Part shown: positions 45,526-55,844 of the stretch, piece after piece
Position numbering within the stretch: the stretch's first letter is position 1
Layout: every line of letters starts with the position of its first letter
Source of the DNA: Alphaproteobacteria bacterium UBA6062
GTDB taxonomy: Bacteria; Pseudomonadota; Alphaproteobacteria; Sneathiellales; Sneathiellaceae
Assembly: GCA_002428885.1 (NCBI GenBank)
Contig: DIYE01000338.1
Location: forward strand, 1-61,387
Direction of reading: 5' to 3'
DNA: 61,387 nucleotides
Notes under the pieces: generated by a model
The model's input: only the letters and a program-made list of their open reading frames with translations
The model's database searches: none
What the model was told of the DNA's origin: nothing
Position numbers and translations under genes: made by a program

Positions 45526-46932
45526 ATGTCAGTCAATTCCCTCAATGCTTCGGAAATCACCCAACAGTATGCGAAGAAAGAAATTTCGCCCGTCGACGTC
45601 ACCTCCGACATTCTGAAAAGAGCAGAAAACCTAAACGGTTCCCTCAACGCATTTCGGCTTATTGATTCTGATGCAGCACTTGCCCAAGCGAAAGAATCAG
45701 AAGCGCGGTGGAGCGCTGGCAAGCAGATCGGTCCGTTTGACGGTATCCCCATCAGTGTCAAAGATATTGTGCAGGTTAAAGGACACGCCTGCCTGAGCGG
45801 CTCGACGACAACAGACCCCAAGGCCATAGCCCGTCAGGATTGTCCATCCGTGGCCCGCTTGAGGGAGGCCGGCGCTGTTTTTATCGGCCTTACCCATACG
45901 CCGGAATTCGGCTGGAAAGGTATAACTGATTCTCCGCTTCACGGCTTTACCCGCAATCCCTGGAACACCGATCACTCACCGGGAGGATCGAGCGGAGGTG
46001 CAGGCTCGGCCGTCGCTGCCGGGCTCGGACCGCTGGCTCTCGGAACCGATGCCGGAGGCTCTATCCGTATCCCCGCCAGCTATTGCGGTATTACCGGCAT
46101 CAAACCGACCTTCGGACGCGTCCCGCACGCTCCCAACGAAAGCCCTTATGCAACCCTCGCATCGGTAGGCCCCATGGGAAGAACCGTCACGGATATCGCC
46201 CATATGCTGACGGTTATGAGCAAACCAGATGCCCGGGACTGGTATGCCGCCCCGGACCAGAAACTGGATTTCGCCGCTGATCTGGATCAGGGCATCAAAG
46301 GTCTGAAAATTGCCTATAGCCCAAATCTTGGTGGTGCTTCTCCTAACCCTGATATCCTGAAGCTGACACATCAGGCTGCGCAGCATTATGAGGAGCTGGG
46401 CGCCACCGTAGAAGAGGTCGGCCCTGTTTTTGATCCGCTTCGCCCCATCTTTGAAGATTACTGGAAAGCCGGCTTTGGTTATATCCTGAGACAAGTCCCG
46501 GAAGAAAAGAGGGAAAATCTGGATCCAGGCTTCCGCTCTCTGGCGGAAGAAGGCCTGGGTGTCGATATCGAAACCTATTACAAGGCCGCCTCTGCCCGTG
46601 TTGCCCTGGGATCAAAAGTGGAGCAGTTTTTTGATCAATATGATCTTCTGATAACACCCACCATGCCCTCGACCGCCCCGAGAGCGGATATCACCTACCA
46701 TTCACCCGAGTTTGACAGATGGCAAGACGCGACAGCTTATACAGTGCCGTTCAACTTGACCGGCCATCCCGGCGCTTCAATTCCTGTGGGCTTTGGAAAG
46801 AACGGATTGCCTGTCGGGCTGCAGATTGTCGGTAAACGCTTTAATGAAAAGCTGATCCTGCAAGCGGCTTACGCCTATGAAACGGCTTTTGGTGATTCAG
46901 ATCCTCTCCATGAATTGATTGAAGGCCTCTAA
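45526..46932 (+). CDS. Amidase signature family enzyme
   Basis: ISVKD (Lys), PGGSSGG, GTDAGGSIRIPAS triad. Confidence 0.93.
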   Translation: MSVNSLNASEITQQYAKKEISPVDVTSDILKRAENLNGSLNAFRLIDSDAALAQAKESEARWSAGKQIGPFDGIPISVKDIVQVKGHACLSGSTTTDPKAIARQDCPSVARLREAGAVFIGLTHTPEFGWKGITDSPLHGFTRNPWNTDHSPGGSSGGAGSAVAAGLGPLALGTDAGGSIRIPASYCGITGIKPTFGRVPHAPNESPYATLASVGPMGRTVTDIAHMLTVMSKPDARDWYAAPDQKLDFAADLDQGIKGLKIAYSPNLGGASPNPDILKLTHQAAQHYEELGATVEEVGPVFDPLRPIFEDYWKAGFGYILRQVPEEKRENLDPGFRSLAEEGLGVDIETYYKAASARVALGSKVEQFFDQYDLLITPTMPSTAPRADITYHSPEFDRWQDATAYTVPFNLTGHPGASIPVGFGKNGLPVGLQIVGKRFNEKLILQAAYAYETAFGDSDPLHELIEGL

Positions 46933-47859
46933 ATGAGAACCGAACGAGAGGGACTGTTCATCCCGCCCCTGACCTTTGCCCGCCTACCCTATTCGCGGGA
47001 TTTCAGTGGCTCCGATGCCGCTATTATCGGACTGCCTTTCGATTGCGGAAGTCACCCCACAAGACTGGGCGCCCGTCTCGGCCCCAATGCCATCCGGGAG
47101 CAGTCCGTCCTCACACTGGAACTGGTGGAAGATGCCGAACATGATCCGCTACAGTCCCTCACCGTCATTGATGCTGGCGATGTTAATTTTCCGGGCGGCG
47201 GCCTGGCTGCTATCCAGACTTTCTATCAAAGAACCGAAGAGGCAATACAGACTGTTCTGGAACAGGATTGCCTGCCGGTAACGCTGGGCGGTGACGGTGC
47301 CGTTATGTTACCGCAGCTTCGCGCAGTGCATAAAAAATATCCGGACGTGGCTGTTCTTCATTTTGACGCCCATACAGACTGCTATCCGTTGAGAAGCAAC
47401 AACCATTTTGACAATGCCACTCCCTTTACCCATGCAGCCAATGAAGGCATTCTGGATGTCGCGAACTCGGTTCATGTGGGAACGCGGGCACCGGTGGATG
47501 CCGGTGACAGCATCCGATTCACCAGGAAAACCGGTTACCGGGTATTGCCCTGGCGGGAACTGGCCGGACGCGCCGTTTCGGAGGTCGCGGAAGACATCCG
47601 GAGCTCTTTGAACGGAAAGCCGGTTTATCTTTGTTTCGATATGGATTTCTTTGATCCCTCCGTCGCTCCGGGTGTTGCAACCCCGACACCGGGAGGCCCA
47701 ACAAGCTTTGAAGGGCTCGAAATCCTGAAAGCCATGCAAGGCCTCAATATTGTGGCCTGCGACATCAACACGGTCAGTCCGCCCTACGACGTGAACGGGA
47801 TCACAGCGCAGCTGGCTGCCACGGTGGCCCTTGAATGCCTGAGCCTGACGAGCTCCTAG
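46933..47859 (+). CDS. Agmatinase/arginase-family ureohydrolase (GGDG variant)
   Basis: GARLGP.AIR, DAGD, LGGDG, FDAHTD, DMDFFDP..APG..TP.PGG. Confidence 0.88.
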   Translation: MRTEREGLFIPPLTFARLPYSRDFSGSDAAIIGLPFDCGSHPTRLGARLGPNAIREQSVLTLELVEDAEHDPLQSLTVIDAGDVNFPGGGLAAIQTFYQRTEEAIQTVLEQDCLPVTLGGDGAVMLPQLRAVHKKYPDVAVLHFDAHTDCYPLRSNNHFDNATPFTHAANEGILDVANSVHVGTRAPVDAGDSIRFTRKTGYRVLPWRELAGRAVSEVAEDIRSSLNGKPVYLCFDMDFFDPSVAPGVATPTPGGPTSFEGLEILKAMQGLNIVACDINTVSPPYDVNGITAQLAATVALECLSLTSS

Positions 47860-48557
47860 ACAGCCAGGTAGGCATCCCTAATTTCAGGATGCTCTTCAAG
47901 CTCCCGGATAGTACCCTGATAGCGGACACTACCTTTCTCAACAATGACGGCACGATCTGACACCAATTTCGCAAAATGCAGATTTTGCTCCGATAAGAGA
48001 ACCGCCAGCCCTTCTTTTTTTAAGGCCGAGATCGTAAAGGCCATCTGTTCGACGATCACCGGGGCGATCCCCTCAGACGGCTCATCCAGCAGGATGGCTG
48101 ACGGGTTCCCCATCAGGGTTCGGGCAATGGACAGCATCTGCTGCTCACCGCCACTCATCTGACCGCCCGGCCGGTTTTTCATTTCCCCGAGATTGGGGAA
48201 AAGCTCAAACAGTTTTTCAGGCGTCCAGAGGGGAGCGCCGTCTCTTTCATCCTGTTTACCGACTTCGAGATTCTCCATCACCGTCAGTTCGGTGAAAATG
48301 CGCCTTTCTTCCGGGACATATCCAAGACCCTTCTGGCAGATCGTGTGGCTTGGAAGATTTTTTATGGAACTTCCCATAAATGTCACGTCGCCCGCAGTGG
48401 ATTTCACCATCCCCATCATGGTTTTCATCGTTGTGGACTTGCCCGCGCCGTTTCTGCCAAGCAACGCAACCACCTCACCAGCCTGAACGGAGAAAGACAC
48501 ATCATCCAGAATCTGGGCCTGGCCGTAGAACGCATTAATTCCGGAAACATCAAGCAT
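47856..48557 (-). CDS. ABC ATP-binding protein (LivF-like)
   Basis: GRNGAGKST, MSGGEQQM, LLDEPSEG. Confidence 0.93.
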   Translation of the reverse strand: MLDVSGINAFYGQAQILDDVSFSVQAGEVVALLGRNGAGKSTTMKTMMGMVKSTAGDVTFMGSSIKNLPSHTICQKGLGYVPEERRIFTELTVMENLEVGKQDERDGAPLWTPEKLFELFPNLGEMKNRPGGQMSGGEQQMLSIARTLMGNPSAILLDEPSEGIAPVIVEQMAFTISALKKEGLAVLLSEQNLHFAKLVSDRAVIVEKGSVRYQGTIRELEEHPEIRDAYLAV

Positions 48558-49329
48558 GGACTGCACCCTTTTCACCGGCATCAAAGGTTGATCCGCCGCC
48601 AAGATAGACTTCCTTCACAAGATCATTATTGCGGATCTCATCCGCTGTTCCCGCCGCGATAATTTCTCCGCGGTTCAGGACCATCAATCGGTCCGAATGA
48701 GCAAAAACCACATCCATGTCATGTTCTGTAAAGAGCACACTGATATCTGTATTTTTGACGATAGAAGATACCAGTTCCATCAGGGTGATGCGCTCCTGAG
48801 GGGCCATGCCAGCTGTAGGCTCATCCATCAGGAGAAGCTTCGGCCCATGGGCCAGTGCGATACTGAGCTCCAACCGCTTCAGGTCTCCATAGGCCAGAAT
48901 ACCGCAGGCACGGTCCGCCTGATGCAGCATACCCACCTGATCCAGCAAACCATCCGCCTCCTCTTTGAAGCTATCCGCCGCGCGGGGCCAGAGGGAGAAA
49001 ACCTTTCGGTGATGAGACAGCAGCGCCATCTGCACATTTTCCCGCACGGTCATGGACGCGAAGGTCGCCGTAATCTGGAAAGTCCGGCCAATACCCAGGC
49101 GCCAGATTGTCCGGGGATTGAGGCCAATGAGCTCTTTTCCGTCAAAAAGAACGGTTCCTGTATCGGCTTTAAGTTGACCATTCAGCATATTGAAGCACGT
49201 GGTTTTACCGGCGCCATTTGGTCCGATCAGGGCGAGCATCTCTCCCGCAGCCAGTTCAAAAGACACGTCTTTAACGGCCTGAACACCACCGAAGGATTTA
49301 CTGAGAGTATGAACGGCAAGCAGGCTCAT
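48550..49329 (-). CDS. ABC ATP-binding protein (LivG-like)
   Basis: GPNGAGKTT, RTFQ, MDEPTAG, EHDM, V.EVYLG. Confidence 0.93.
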   Translation of the reverse strand: MSLLAVHTLSKSFGGVQAVKDVSFELAAGEMLALIGPNGAGKTTCFNMLNGQLKADTGTVLFDGKELIGLNPRTIWRLGIGRTFQITATFASMTVRENVQMALLSHHRKVFSLWPRAADSFKEEADGLLDQVGMLHQADRACGILAYGDLKRLELSIALAHGPKLLLMDEPTAGMAPQERITLMELVSSIVKNTDISVLFTEHDMDVVFAHSDRLMVLNRGEIIAAGTADEIRNNDLVKEVYLGGGSTFDAGEKGAVHA

Positions 49330-51191
49330 GACCGGGCCTCCTCTTCCGTCTTACCGGTCAGCCTGTCCGGCAGGAGCTTCCTCGCAAAACCTGCCAACCC
49401 TTCCGGGGCAATGACCACGATGAACAGGATAACCCCGCCAAAGATGATCCGCCAGTAGTCGAGACGGGTCACCAGATCCTCCAGCAAAGTAAAACTGAGA
49501 GCCCCGATAATCGGCCCGAGCAGCGACTGGATCCCACCCAGCAGAACCATCACAAGCCCGTCAACCGATCGGGAAATTGCCAGTTCATCGGGGAAAATAC
49601 TGCCTTTCGAATATACATAGAGGCCGCCCGCAATACCGGCAAAAACACCGGCGAGGACAAAAGCCATCCATTGTTGTGTTTTCAGGTTGATGCCGATCGC
49701 TTCAACCCGAAGGGCAGAATCCCGCCCTGCCCTCAAGGCAAATCCGAAGGGCGCATAAACCACCCGGCGGATAAAATAAATCCCGCCGAAAACCAGAAGA
49801 AGCGTCAGATAGTAATAGGTCATCTTGTCAGAAGCCCATTCTGCCGGCCAGATCCCTAAAATCCCGTCATCTCCGCCGGTGACATCCTGCCACTGGAAAG
49901 CAATGGACCAGGTAATCTGCGCCGCCGCCAATGTCAGCATGGCGAGATAGACACCGCTCAAACGAACGCAGAACCATCCGAAGATGAGCGCACCGATACC
50001 GGCAACAACCGGCGCAACGACGAGGCCGCTGATCATCCCGATACCGAGATATTTGACCATCAGCGCGGCTCCATAGGCGCCCAGCCCAAAATAGGCGGCA
50101 TGTCCGAAGGAAACCAACCCTCCCGGTCCCATGATGAAATGCAGACTTACGGCAAAAAGCGTAAAAATCAGAATATCCGTCAGGAGAACAACGGTGAATT
50201 CATCGGCGATAAACGGAGCAACAATCAGAAGTCCGACAAGGCCCAGAATCAAATTGCGAGATAACGGCGTGAAAAGCCGAAGCGGCTCTTCCGGCGGTCC
50301 GGACGCTCCTCGCAAAACGGCGTCGGGACGTCCCAATAATCCCCAGGGACGCACAATCAGCACCACCGCCATCACCAGAAAGGCCAGCACCAGGGTGATT
50401 TCAGGGAAGACAAGGATACCGAAAGCATTTAGCTCGCCGATCAGCACCGAGGCCAGGAAGGCTCCCGGTACACTTCCCATCCCGCCAATCACAACCACAA
50501 CAAAAGCTTCACCGATAACATTGAGATCCATGAGAAGGCTGGCCGCTTCCCTCGGAAGCTGTACGGCACCGCCCAGCCCGGCCAGCGTCGAACCAACAAA
50601 GAAAACGCTGGTAAAGAGACGACTCTGGTTGACGCCGAGGGCGCTGACCATCTCCCGGTCCTGCGTTGCTGCCCTTACAAGGGTGCCCCATCGTGTCTTG
50701 TTGAACAGCAGCCAAACACCCAGCAAAACGGCAGGCCCCAGAACAATAAGGGCCAGGTCATATTGAGGAATGGGTTCGCCCAGAATGCGGACCGCCCCTT
50801 CCAGCCCGGGTGCCCGGGGACCAAACAGATCCTCTGCCCCCCAGATCCAGAGCGCCAGATCCTGAATGACCAGCACAACCCCGAATGTGGCCACCAGCTG
50901 AAACAATTCAGGGGCCTTGTAAATCCTGCGAAACAACGTGATTTCGAGAAGGACACCAATCAGGCCCACGGCAAGCGAGGCCGCGATCACCGATCCCCAG
51001 AAACCAAGGATCCCATGCGGCATCAGCTCTACAAATGTATAGGCCAGATAGGCTCCCAGCATGAAGAAGGAACCATGAGCAAAATTAACGATGCGGGTAA
51101 CACCAAAAATAATCGACAGGCCGGACGCCACCAGGAACAAAGACGACGCGCTCGCCAGCCCTGTCAGAAACTGAGCCAGGTAAAACCCCAT
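49326..51191 (-). CDS. Fused LivH/LivM-type ABC permease
   Basis: VNFAHG and VSFGHA halves; IGGMGS, LGG. Confidence 0.92.
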   Translation of the reverse strand: MGFYLAQFLTGLASASSLFLVASGLSIIFGVTRIVNFAHGSFFMLGAYLAYTFVELMPHGILGFWGSVIAASLAVGLIGVLLEITLFRRIYKAPELFQLVATFGVVLVIQDLALWIWGAEDLFGPRAPGLEGAVRILGEPIPQYDLALIVLGPAVLLGVWLLFNKTRWGTLVRAATQDREMVSALGVNQSRLFTSVFFVGSTLAGLGGAVQLPREAASLLMDLNVIGEAFVVVVIGGMGSVPGAFLASVLIGELNAFGILVFPEITLVLAFLVMAVVLIVRPWGLLGRPDAVLRGASGPPEEPLRLFTPLSRNLILGLVGLLIVAPFIADEFTVVLLTDILIFTLFAVSLHFIMGPGGLVSFGHAAYFGLGAYGAALMVKYLGIGMISGLVVAPVVAGIGALIFGWFCVRLSGVYLAMLTLAAAQITWSIAFQWQDVTGGDDGILGIWPAEWASDKMTYYYLTLLLVFGGIYFIRRVVYAPFGFALRAGRDSALRVEAIGINLKTQQWMAFVLAGVFAGIAGGLYVYSKGSIFPDELAISRSVDGLVMVLLGGIQSLLGPIIGALSFTLLEDLVTRLDYWRIIFGGVILFIVVIAPEGLAGFARKLLPDRLTGKTEEEARS

Positions 51192-51226
51192 GGATCTCTC
51201 CTAAGGCAGGGACATTAAACAAAGAT

Positions 51227-51253
51227 ATCCCGGCGATCGGAAGCCGCCGGGAT
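51227..51253 (-). terminator. Hairpin after the substrate-binding protein gene
   Basis: ATCCCGGCG-N9-CGCCGGGAT between the SBP and permease genes. Confidence 0.55.
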
Positions 51254-51265
51254 TAGATAGACGGA

Positions 51266-52480
51266 CTACTTGGCGCGCAGCGCTTTGGTTTTTTCCGGGC
51301 TCGGCAGATAGTCATTACCATCCGCATAGAACCAGTCTACCATGATACCCTTACCGTCTTTCACAGCCGTACGACCAACCCACGCGCCCATGGTGGACTG
51401 ATGGTCAACCGGCCGGTAGGTAACATTTCCTGACGGGCTGTCGAAAGAAAGACCTTTCATGGCAGCCAGCATTTTATCCCGGTCAGTGCTGCCGGCTTTT
51501 TCAATGGCGGCGGCAATGGTCAGGATCGTATTATATCCTACCAGAGATCCGGTTTTCGGCAACTCACCGAACTTGGCCTGATAAGCGGCGACATAGTCTT
51601 TGTGCCCCTGATCCTCGATAAAGTCACGGGGATAACCGGTGACAATCCAGCCTTCCGGCGCTTCGGCTTTCAACGGATCCAGATATTCCGGTTCACCGGT
51701 CAGCAGGCTGGCAACTTCACGACCTTCAAACAAACCGCGAATGGAACCCTCGCGAACCAGTTTGGCCAGATCACCACCGAAGGTCACATTGAATATCCCG
51801 TCCGGCTTGGCGGCTTCCAACGCCCGAACCGTTGCGCCCGCATCGATTTTAAACAGGGCAGGCCACTGTTCTTCCACGAATTCCACGTCGGGTTTCAGCT
51901 CTTTCAACACGCTCTTAAAAGCCTTCACCGCATCCTTGCCGTAAGCATAGTTTGGTGCAACGGTTGCCCAGCGCTTAGCCGGTAGCTTCGCGGCTTCTTT
52001 TGCCAGCATGGCAGACTGCATATAGGTGGAAGGACGCAGTCGGAATGTATAATCGTTGCCTTTTGACCAGACAATCGCATCGCTGAGCGGTTCAGATGCG
52101 ATAAAGAGGACTTTGCGCTGTTTCGCAAAATCCGTCACGGCCAATCCGATATGAGAAAAGAAAGTACCGGCCAGCAGGGAAACCTTCTCTTTTGAAACCA
52201 GCTCTTCAGCAATTTTGACGGCGTTGCCGGGCTTACCAGCATCATCACGGGAAATAATCTCCAGCTTTTTACCGAGAACACCACCCTTTTTGTTAATCTG
52301 CTCAACAGCCAGTTCCCAACCTTTTTTGTAAGGCTCAGTAAAGGCCGGCAGTCTTGTATAGCTGTTAATTTCACCGATTTTGATCGTGTCTGCGGCACTT
52401 GCCGGCAGAACCGATCCCATGGCAGCGGCAAAAACGGCACCCGCAATGACTTTAGAAAATACACCTCTTCTGGAAAACAT
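51266..52480 (-). CDS. Liv-type (PBP1) ABC substrate-binding protein
   Basis: SRR signal peptide, IKIGEINSY, GGVLGKKLE..RDD, YTFRLRP, PNYAYG. Confidence 0.92.
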   Translation of the reverse strand: MFSRRGVFSKVIAGAVFAAAMGSVLPASAADTIKIGEINSYTRLPAFTEPYKKGWELAVEQINKKGGVLGKKLEIISRDDAGKPGNAVKIAEELVSKEKVSLLAGTFFSHIGLAVTDFAKQRKVLFIASEPLSDAIVWSKGNDYTFRLRPSTYMQSAMLAKEAAKLPAKRWATVAPNYAYGKDAVKAFKSVLKELKPDVEFVEEQWPALFKIDAGATVRALEAAKPDGIFNVTFGGDLAKLVREGSIRGLFEGREVASLLTGEPEYLDPLKAEAPEGWIVTGYPRDFIEDQGHKDYVAAYQAKFGELPKTGSLVGYNTILTIAAAIEKAGSTDRDKMLAAMKGLSFDSPSGNVTYRPVDHQSTMGAWVGRTAVKDGKGIMVDWFYADGNDYLPSPEKTKALRAK

Positions 52481-52624
52481 GTCTTACGCTCCCTTCAGCT
52501 CTGATTTAAGCGCTTGCGCGCTTCTCCCGTTGAATAGCAGCATATCCGGATTTCTTATTATTACGATATGCCTCTGTTAGCAGTGCTGAAAAAATCATGC
52601 CTTCATATTTCATATTTCTCAAGC

Positions 52625-52648
52625 ATTTTATTTGTATACAAATGAAAT
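52625..52648. promoter_or_regulatory. GntR-family-like operator
   Basis: Perfect ATTTGTATACAAAT (52630-52643), extending to 24 bp with one mismatched pair, upstream of the ABC operon. Confidence 0.6.
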
Positions 52649-52679
52649 AAACAAAACGAACACCCGTCTTTTTTGAAAT

Positions 52680-53741
52680 TCACTCCTCCAGAGAGCGAAT
52701 AAAGTCCTCAATCAGGGAAATCCCTTCCTTATGGACTACAGCCCGCCCGAGTTCCGGCATCATGACACCCGGATCGGTACTTTTCATCCGATATAACAAG
52801 ATGGATCGATCCGGTTTCCCCGGTGCTATATCAACGGAAAAGCCCCCTGAACCACGCCCTGCAGCAACGGGAGGCTTATTAAGCCCCCAATGCACCGGCC
52901 TCGTTTCCGTGTAATCCAGATAGAGACCACTTGTATCTGCAGGCAGGCCCGGAGAGTGACAGTGAGCGCAGTTACCATCAAGGTAGGACCTCGCCCGTTC
53001 TGCGAGACTTCCGCTTGTCGCCAGAAAGGGCTCGGGCACCTTCGGAAGCTCAGCGGGCTTCTTTTCTCCTCGCTCGAGATATCCCAATTCCTGCAGATAG
53101 GTGATCTGATTCAAACCGGTTTCTTCATGAGATCTGTTCAGGTTTCGGATTTTCGGTCCGATGGGCGCCAGCTTCTTTTCGGCACTGACATGACACCCTT
53201 TGCACTGATTCATATTCGGAACAGCATACGGGATGATGGCTTTTTCACCATTTGCCCACTGAACAGGTATTTCCAGCCTTTTACCGGCAACTTTCAGATA
53301 GGCTTCCGTCTGATCTTCATTCCAGACATACGGGTAACCCTTCCAGCCGTTTTTCTTATGAATAAGCAGTCGTGTTTCAATAAAACGGATTGCCTTTGCC
53401 GGCTCACGAAAGCTTTCCGGATAAGCGAAACTTTTGATCAGCACAGTTCCCACGGGAAAGGACAACGGCTTTGCTGTCTCCAGAGGAGCCGGTTCAGCGC
53501 CTTCCGGCAGATACAGAAATCTGTATTTGATCGCATAATCGGTAAAAAGCGGATTGTTCAGGGTATAGGGCGTCACTCTCCCGGCAGGCATGCCATCCAA
53601 ACCTGGTGAGAAGAGCCGATAGTCAGACAGCTTCTTTGCCGGCTTACTTCCCATCAAAAGCGCGTCGTCAACGTCCAGAGCAATCGTCATTTGCAAGGTG
53701 CAGACCAGAAAAATCAAGGCCAGCAAAAACCGTAATATCAT
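52680..53741 (-). CDS. Diheme c-type cytochrome (SO2930/HNE_0200-like)
   Basis: PLFTDYA.KYR, FPVGT..IKSF, IETRLL, CKGCH and CAHCH, MPELGR. Confidence 0.88.
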   Translation of the reverse strand: MILRFLLALIFLVCTLQMTIALDVDDALLMGSKPAKKLSDYRLFSPGLDGMPAGRVTPYTLNNPLFTDYAIKYRFLYLPEGAEPAPLETAKPLSFPVGTVLIKSFAYPESFREPAKAIRFIETRLLIHKKNGWKGYPYVWNEDQTEAYLKVAGKRLEIPVQWANGEKAIIPYAVPNMNQCKGCHVSAEKKLAPIGPKIRNLNRSHEETGLNQITYLQELGYLERGEKKPAELPKVPEPFLATSGSLAERARSYLDGNCAHCHSPGLPADTSGLYLDYTETRPVHWGLNKPPVAAGRGSGGFSVDIAPGKPDRSILLYRMKSTDPGVMMPELGRAVVHKEGISLIEDFIRSLEE

Positions 53742-55025
53742 CTAATTAACCAGCTCCTCCGCAGGCCTTCCTCTAATCACAACCTTGACCGGCGGCAGGG
53801 ACGGATAGGATTTCTGATAAGGTGCCATATCAAAATCGGCCTTGTGAAGGAAGGGCGCGATAACATGCATAATCATGTTCGCATTACCAAATGGCCGAAC
53901 GCCTTCGGCATGCTTATTATCATGGATGGCAAGGCGTTCTGCTTCCTTTTGGCCAAAGAACAGATAATCCATCAGAGGCAAAACACCGTCCCAGACGATA
54001 TCGGGGACCGGTGTACCCACGGTTTCCCGCACAATGGTTCCGAACTCGCCAGGATCAGGATTGGTGCCTGACTTTCCAAAAACATTATTCCTGATATGAA
54101 TTTTTTTGGGCGTCGGCTGATAGTTCTCATCATCAAAATCATCAACGTAGCTGGCAACGGCGATATTCATGGTATCATTGTCGTAGAATTCGTTTTCAAA
54201 GATTTCCACATTCTCATTGGCCATAACAATCATACCGGTTCCGCGAGGAACAATACCGACGATATTACCTTCCGGTGCAAAATTATCGGTATCATTCCGG
54301 AAGGACTTATTACGGAAAAAGCGGACATTATGACCGCCCTGCATGGGAAGATTGGGAAGATCAAAGACCAATAGTCCGCCGGTATTCCGGGTCATGACAT
54401 TATCATAAACGTCGGCGTTATAGCTGTTTTCGATTTCAAGCCCGGCTACATTAAACTCACCGCGACTGTTTCGAACGATGATATTTTCACTCTGCCCGAC
54501 ATAAATCCCGGCATCTGACGCACCGATTGCCACTGAACCATGAATAAAAACGTTCTTCGACTGAACAGGATAAAGCCCATAAGCCCCGTTTGTTGGTTTC
54601 GGTCCACCCGTCCATTCGGTTCGGATCCGGATCATGGCGATCCCGTCAACCCCCTTGACCTTAATGGCGTCACCTTTTGCATCCTCTACAGCGAAATCCT
54701 TGAGAACCACCTGGCTGGAGGTTACCAACAACCCTTCAGAACCGCCCTTCTGTTGGCGGAATGATAAAACCGATTTATCCATTCCCTGTCCCTGCAATGT
54801 CACATTTTCCACATCCAGAGACAGTCCGTCCGTCAGTTTAAAAACACCTTCCGACAGTTCGATCACCTGGCCGGGTTCCGCAAGGATCAAAGCCTCCTGC
54901 AACTTCTCCTGGGCGTCTGGTCCCGGCTGAATGAGAAAATCCGACGCTGCATGGACCGACCCGGCGCTCACCAAAAAAACAGCCAGTATAAATCTGAACA
55001 AAGTTGACTTTAATGCCATTCCCAT
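53742..55025 (-). CDS. Parallel beta-helix repeat protein
   Basis: Signal peptide; NGAYGLYPV, GASDAGIYVGQS, NVAGLEIENS, NTGG.LVFDLP. Confidence 0.88.
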   Translation of the reverse strand: MGMALKSTLFRFILAVFLVSAGSVHAASDFLIQPGPDAQEKLQEALILAEPGQVIELSEGVFKLTDGLSLDVENVTLQGQGMDKSVLSFRQQKGGSEGLLVTSSQVVLKDFAVEDAKGDAIKVKGVDGIAMIRIRTEWTGGPKPTNGAYGLYPVQSKNVFIHGSVAIGASDAGIYVGQSENIIVRNSRGEFNVAGLEIENSYNADVYDNVMTRNTGGLLVFDLPNLPMQGGHNVRFFRNKSFRNDTDNFAPEGNIVGIVPRGTGMIVMANENVEIFENEFYDNDTMNIAVASYVDDFDDENYQPTPKKIHIRNNVFGKSGTNPDPGEFGTIVRETVGTPVPDIVWDGVLPLMDYLFFGQKEAERLAIHDNKHAEGVRPFGNANMIMHVIAPFLHKADFDMAPYQKSYPSLPPVKVVIRGRPAEELVN

Positions 55026-55194
55026 TGTGGCTTTCCCCTCCTGTACACAGAAAAAAATGCAGACAGATATTACTTTTGATCTTGTGTTTCGATAAAAGCT
55101 GTCTATGAGCTTATGCCATGTTTCGTATTTATGATCTTTTGGTCAAGTGGAAACATGAAATAATTTCACATTGGGTACTGTGAGATATCGGAAC

Positions 55195-55821
55195 ATGAAA
55201 CAAGTAAAAATGACCAGTCGCAAGACCCCCTTGCAGACAAGATCAAGAGAACGGGTGGAACTGATCATTACTTCTGCAGAAAAGCTGCTGAAGGAAACAG
55301 ATCTCTCTAAAGTGACCACCAGCCGGATTGCAGAAGAAGCGTCCATTCCGGTCGGATCCATTTACCAGTATTTCAAAGACCGGGATGAAATCCTCTTGGC
55401 TCTGGGTGAAAAAGTTCTGGCGGATGAGGATCGGAAAATCGCAGAAACCCTGACAGCTCTTCAACCAGGAACTCACTGGCGGGATGTGGTTCGCGGTGTG
55501 CTCGATTTTTTTGTGGATCAGGTCTCAAACGACGATATCCACTATAAACTGGATACGGCACTTTCAAACTGTCCGGCATGGCAGAAAGCCAATATGGTCT
55601 CCGAAATGAGGATGATCGAGATTTTCGCAGCCTTTCCGCTGTTTGAGGAAAGAGGCTTTTCTCATCCCGAAGCGATTTCCGTATCCCGTGTCATTGTTGT
55701 GATCGTCACAGCCATCGTGACCCGCAGCAAAAGGCCTTATTCACAAGGAGATCTTGGCGATATCCTTGTGCAGACCGAAAAAATGGTCATCGCTTATCTG
55801 GCGACCGTTTTCGGCGAATAG
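55195..55821 (+). CDS. TetR/AcrR family regulator
   Basis: P.Q.RSRERV..I...TT..IAEEA.IPVGSIYQYF; TGAAAT-A-ATTTCA palindrome at 55156-55168 upstream. Confidence 0.9.
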   Translation: MKQVKMTSRKTPLQTRSRERVELIITSAEKLLKETDLSKVTTSRIAEEASIPVGSIYQYFKDRDEILLALGEKVLADEDRKIAETLTALQPGTHWRDVVRGVLDFFVDQVSNDDIHYKLDTALSNCPAWQKANMVSEMRMIEIFAAFPLFEERGFSHPEAISVSRVIVVIVTAIVTRSKRPYSQGDLGDILVQTEKMVIAYLATVFGE

Positions 55822-55844
55822 TTAAAGCTCCAGGGTCCTGAACC

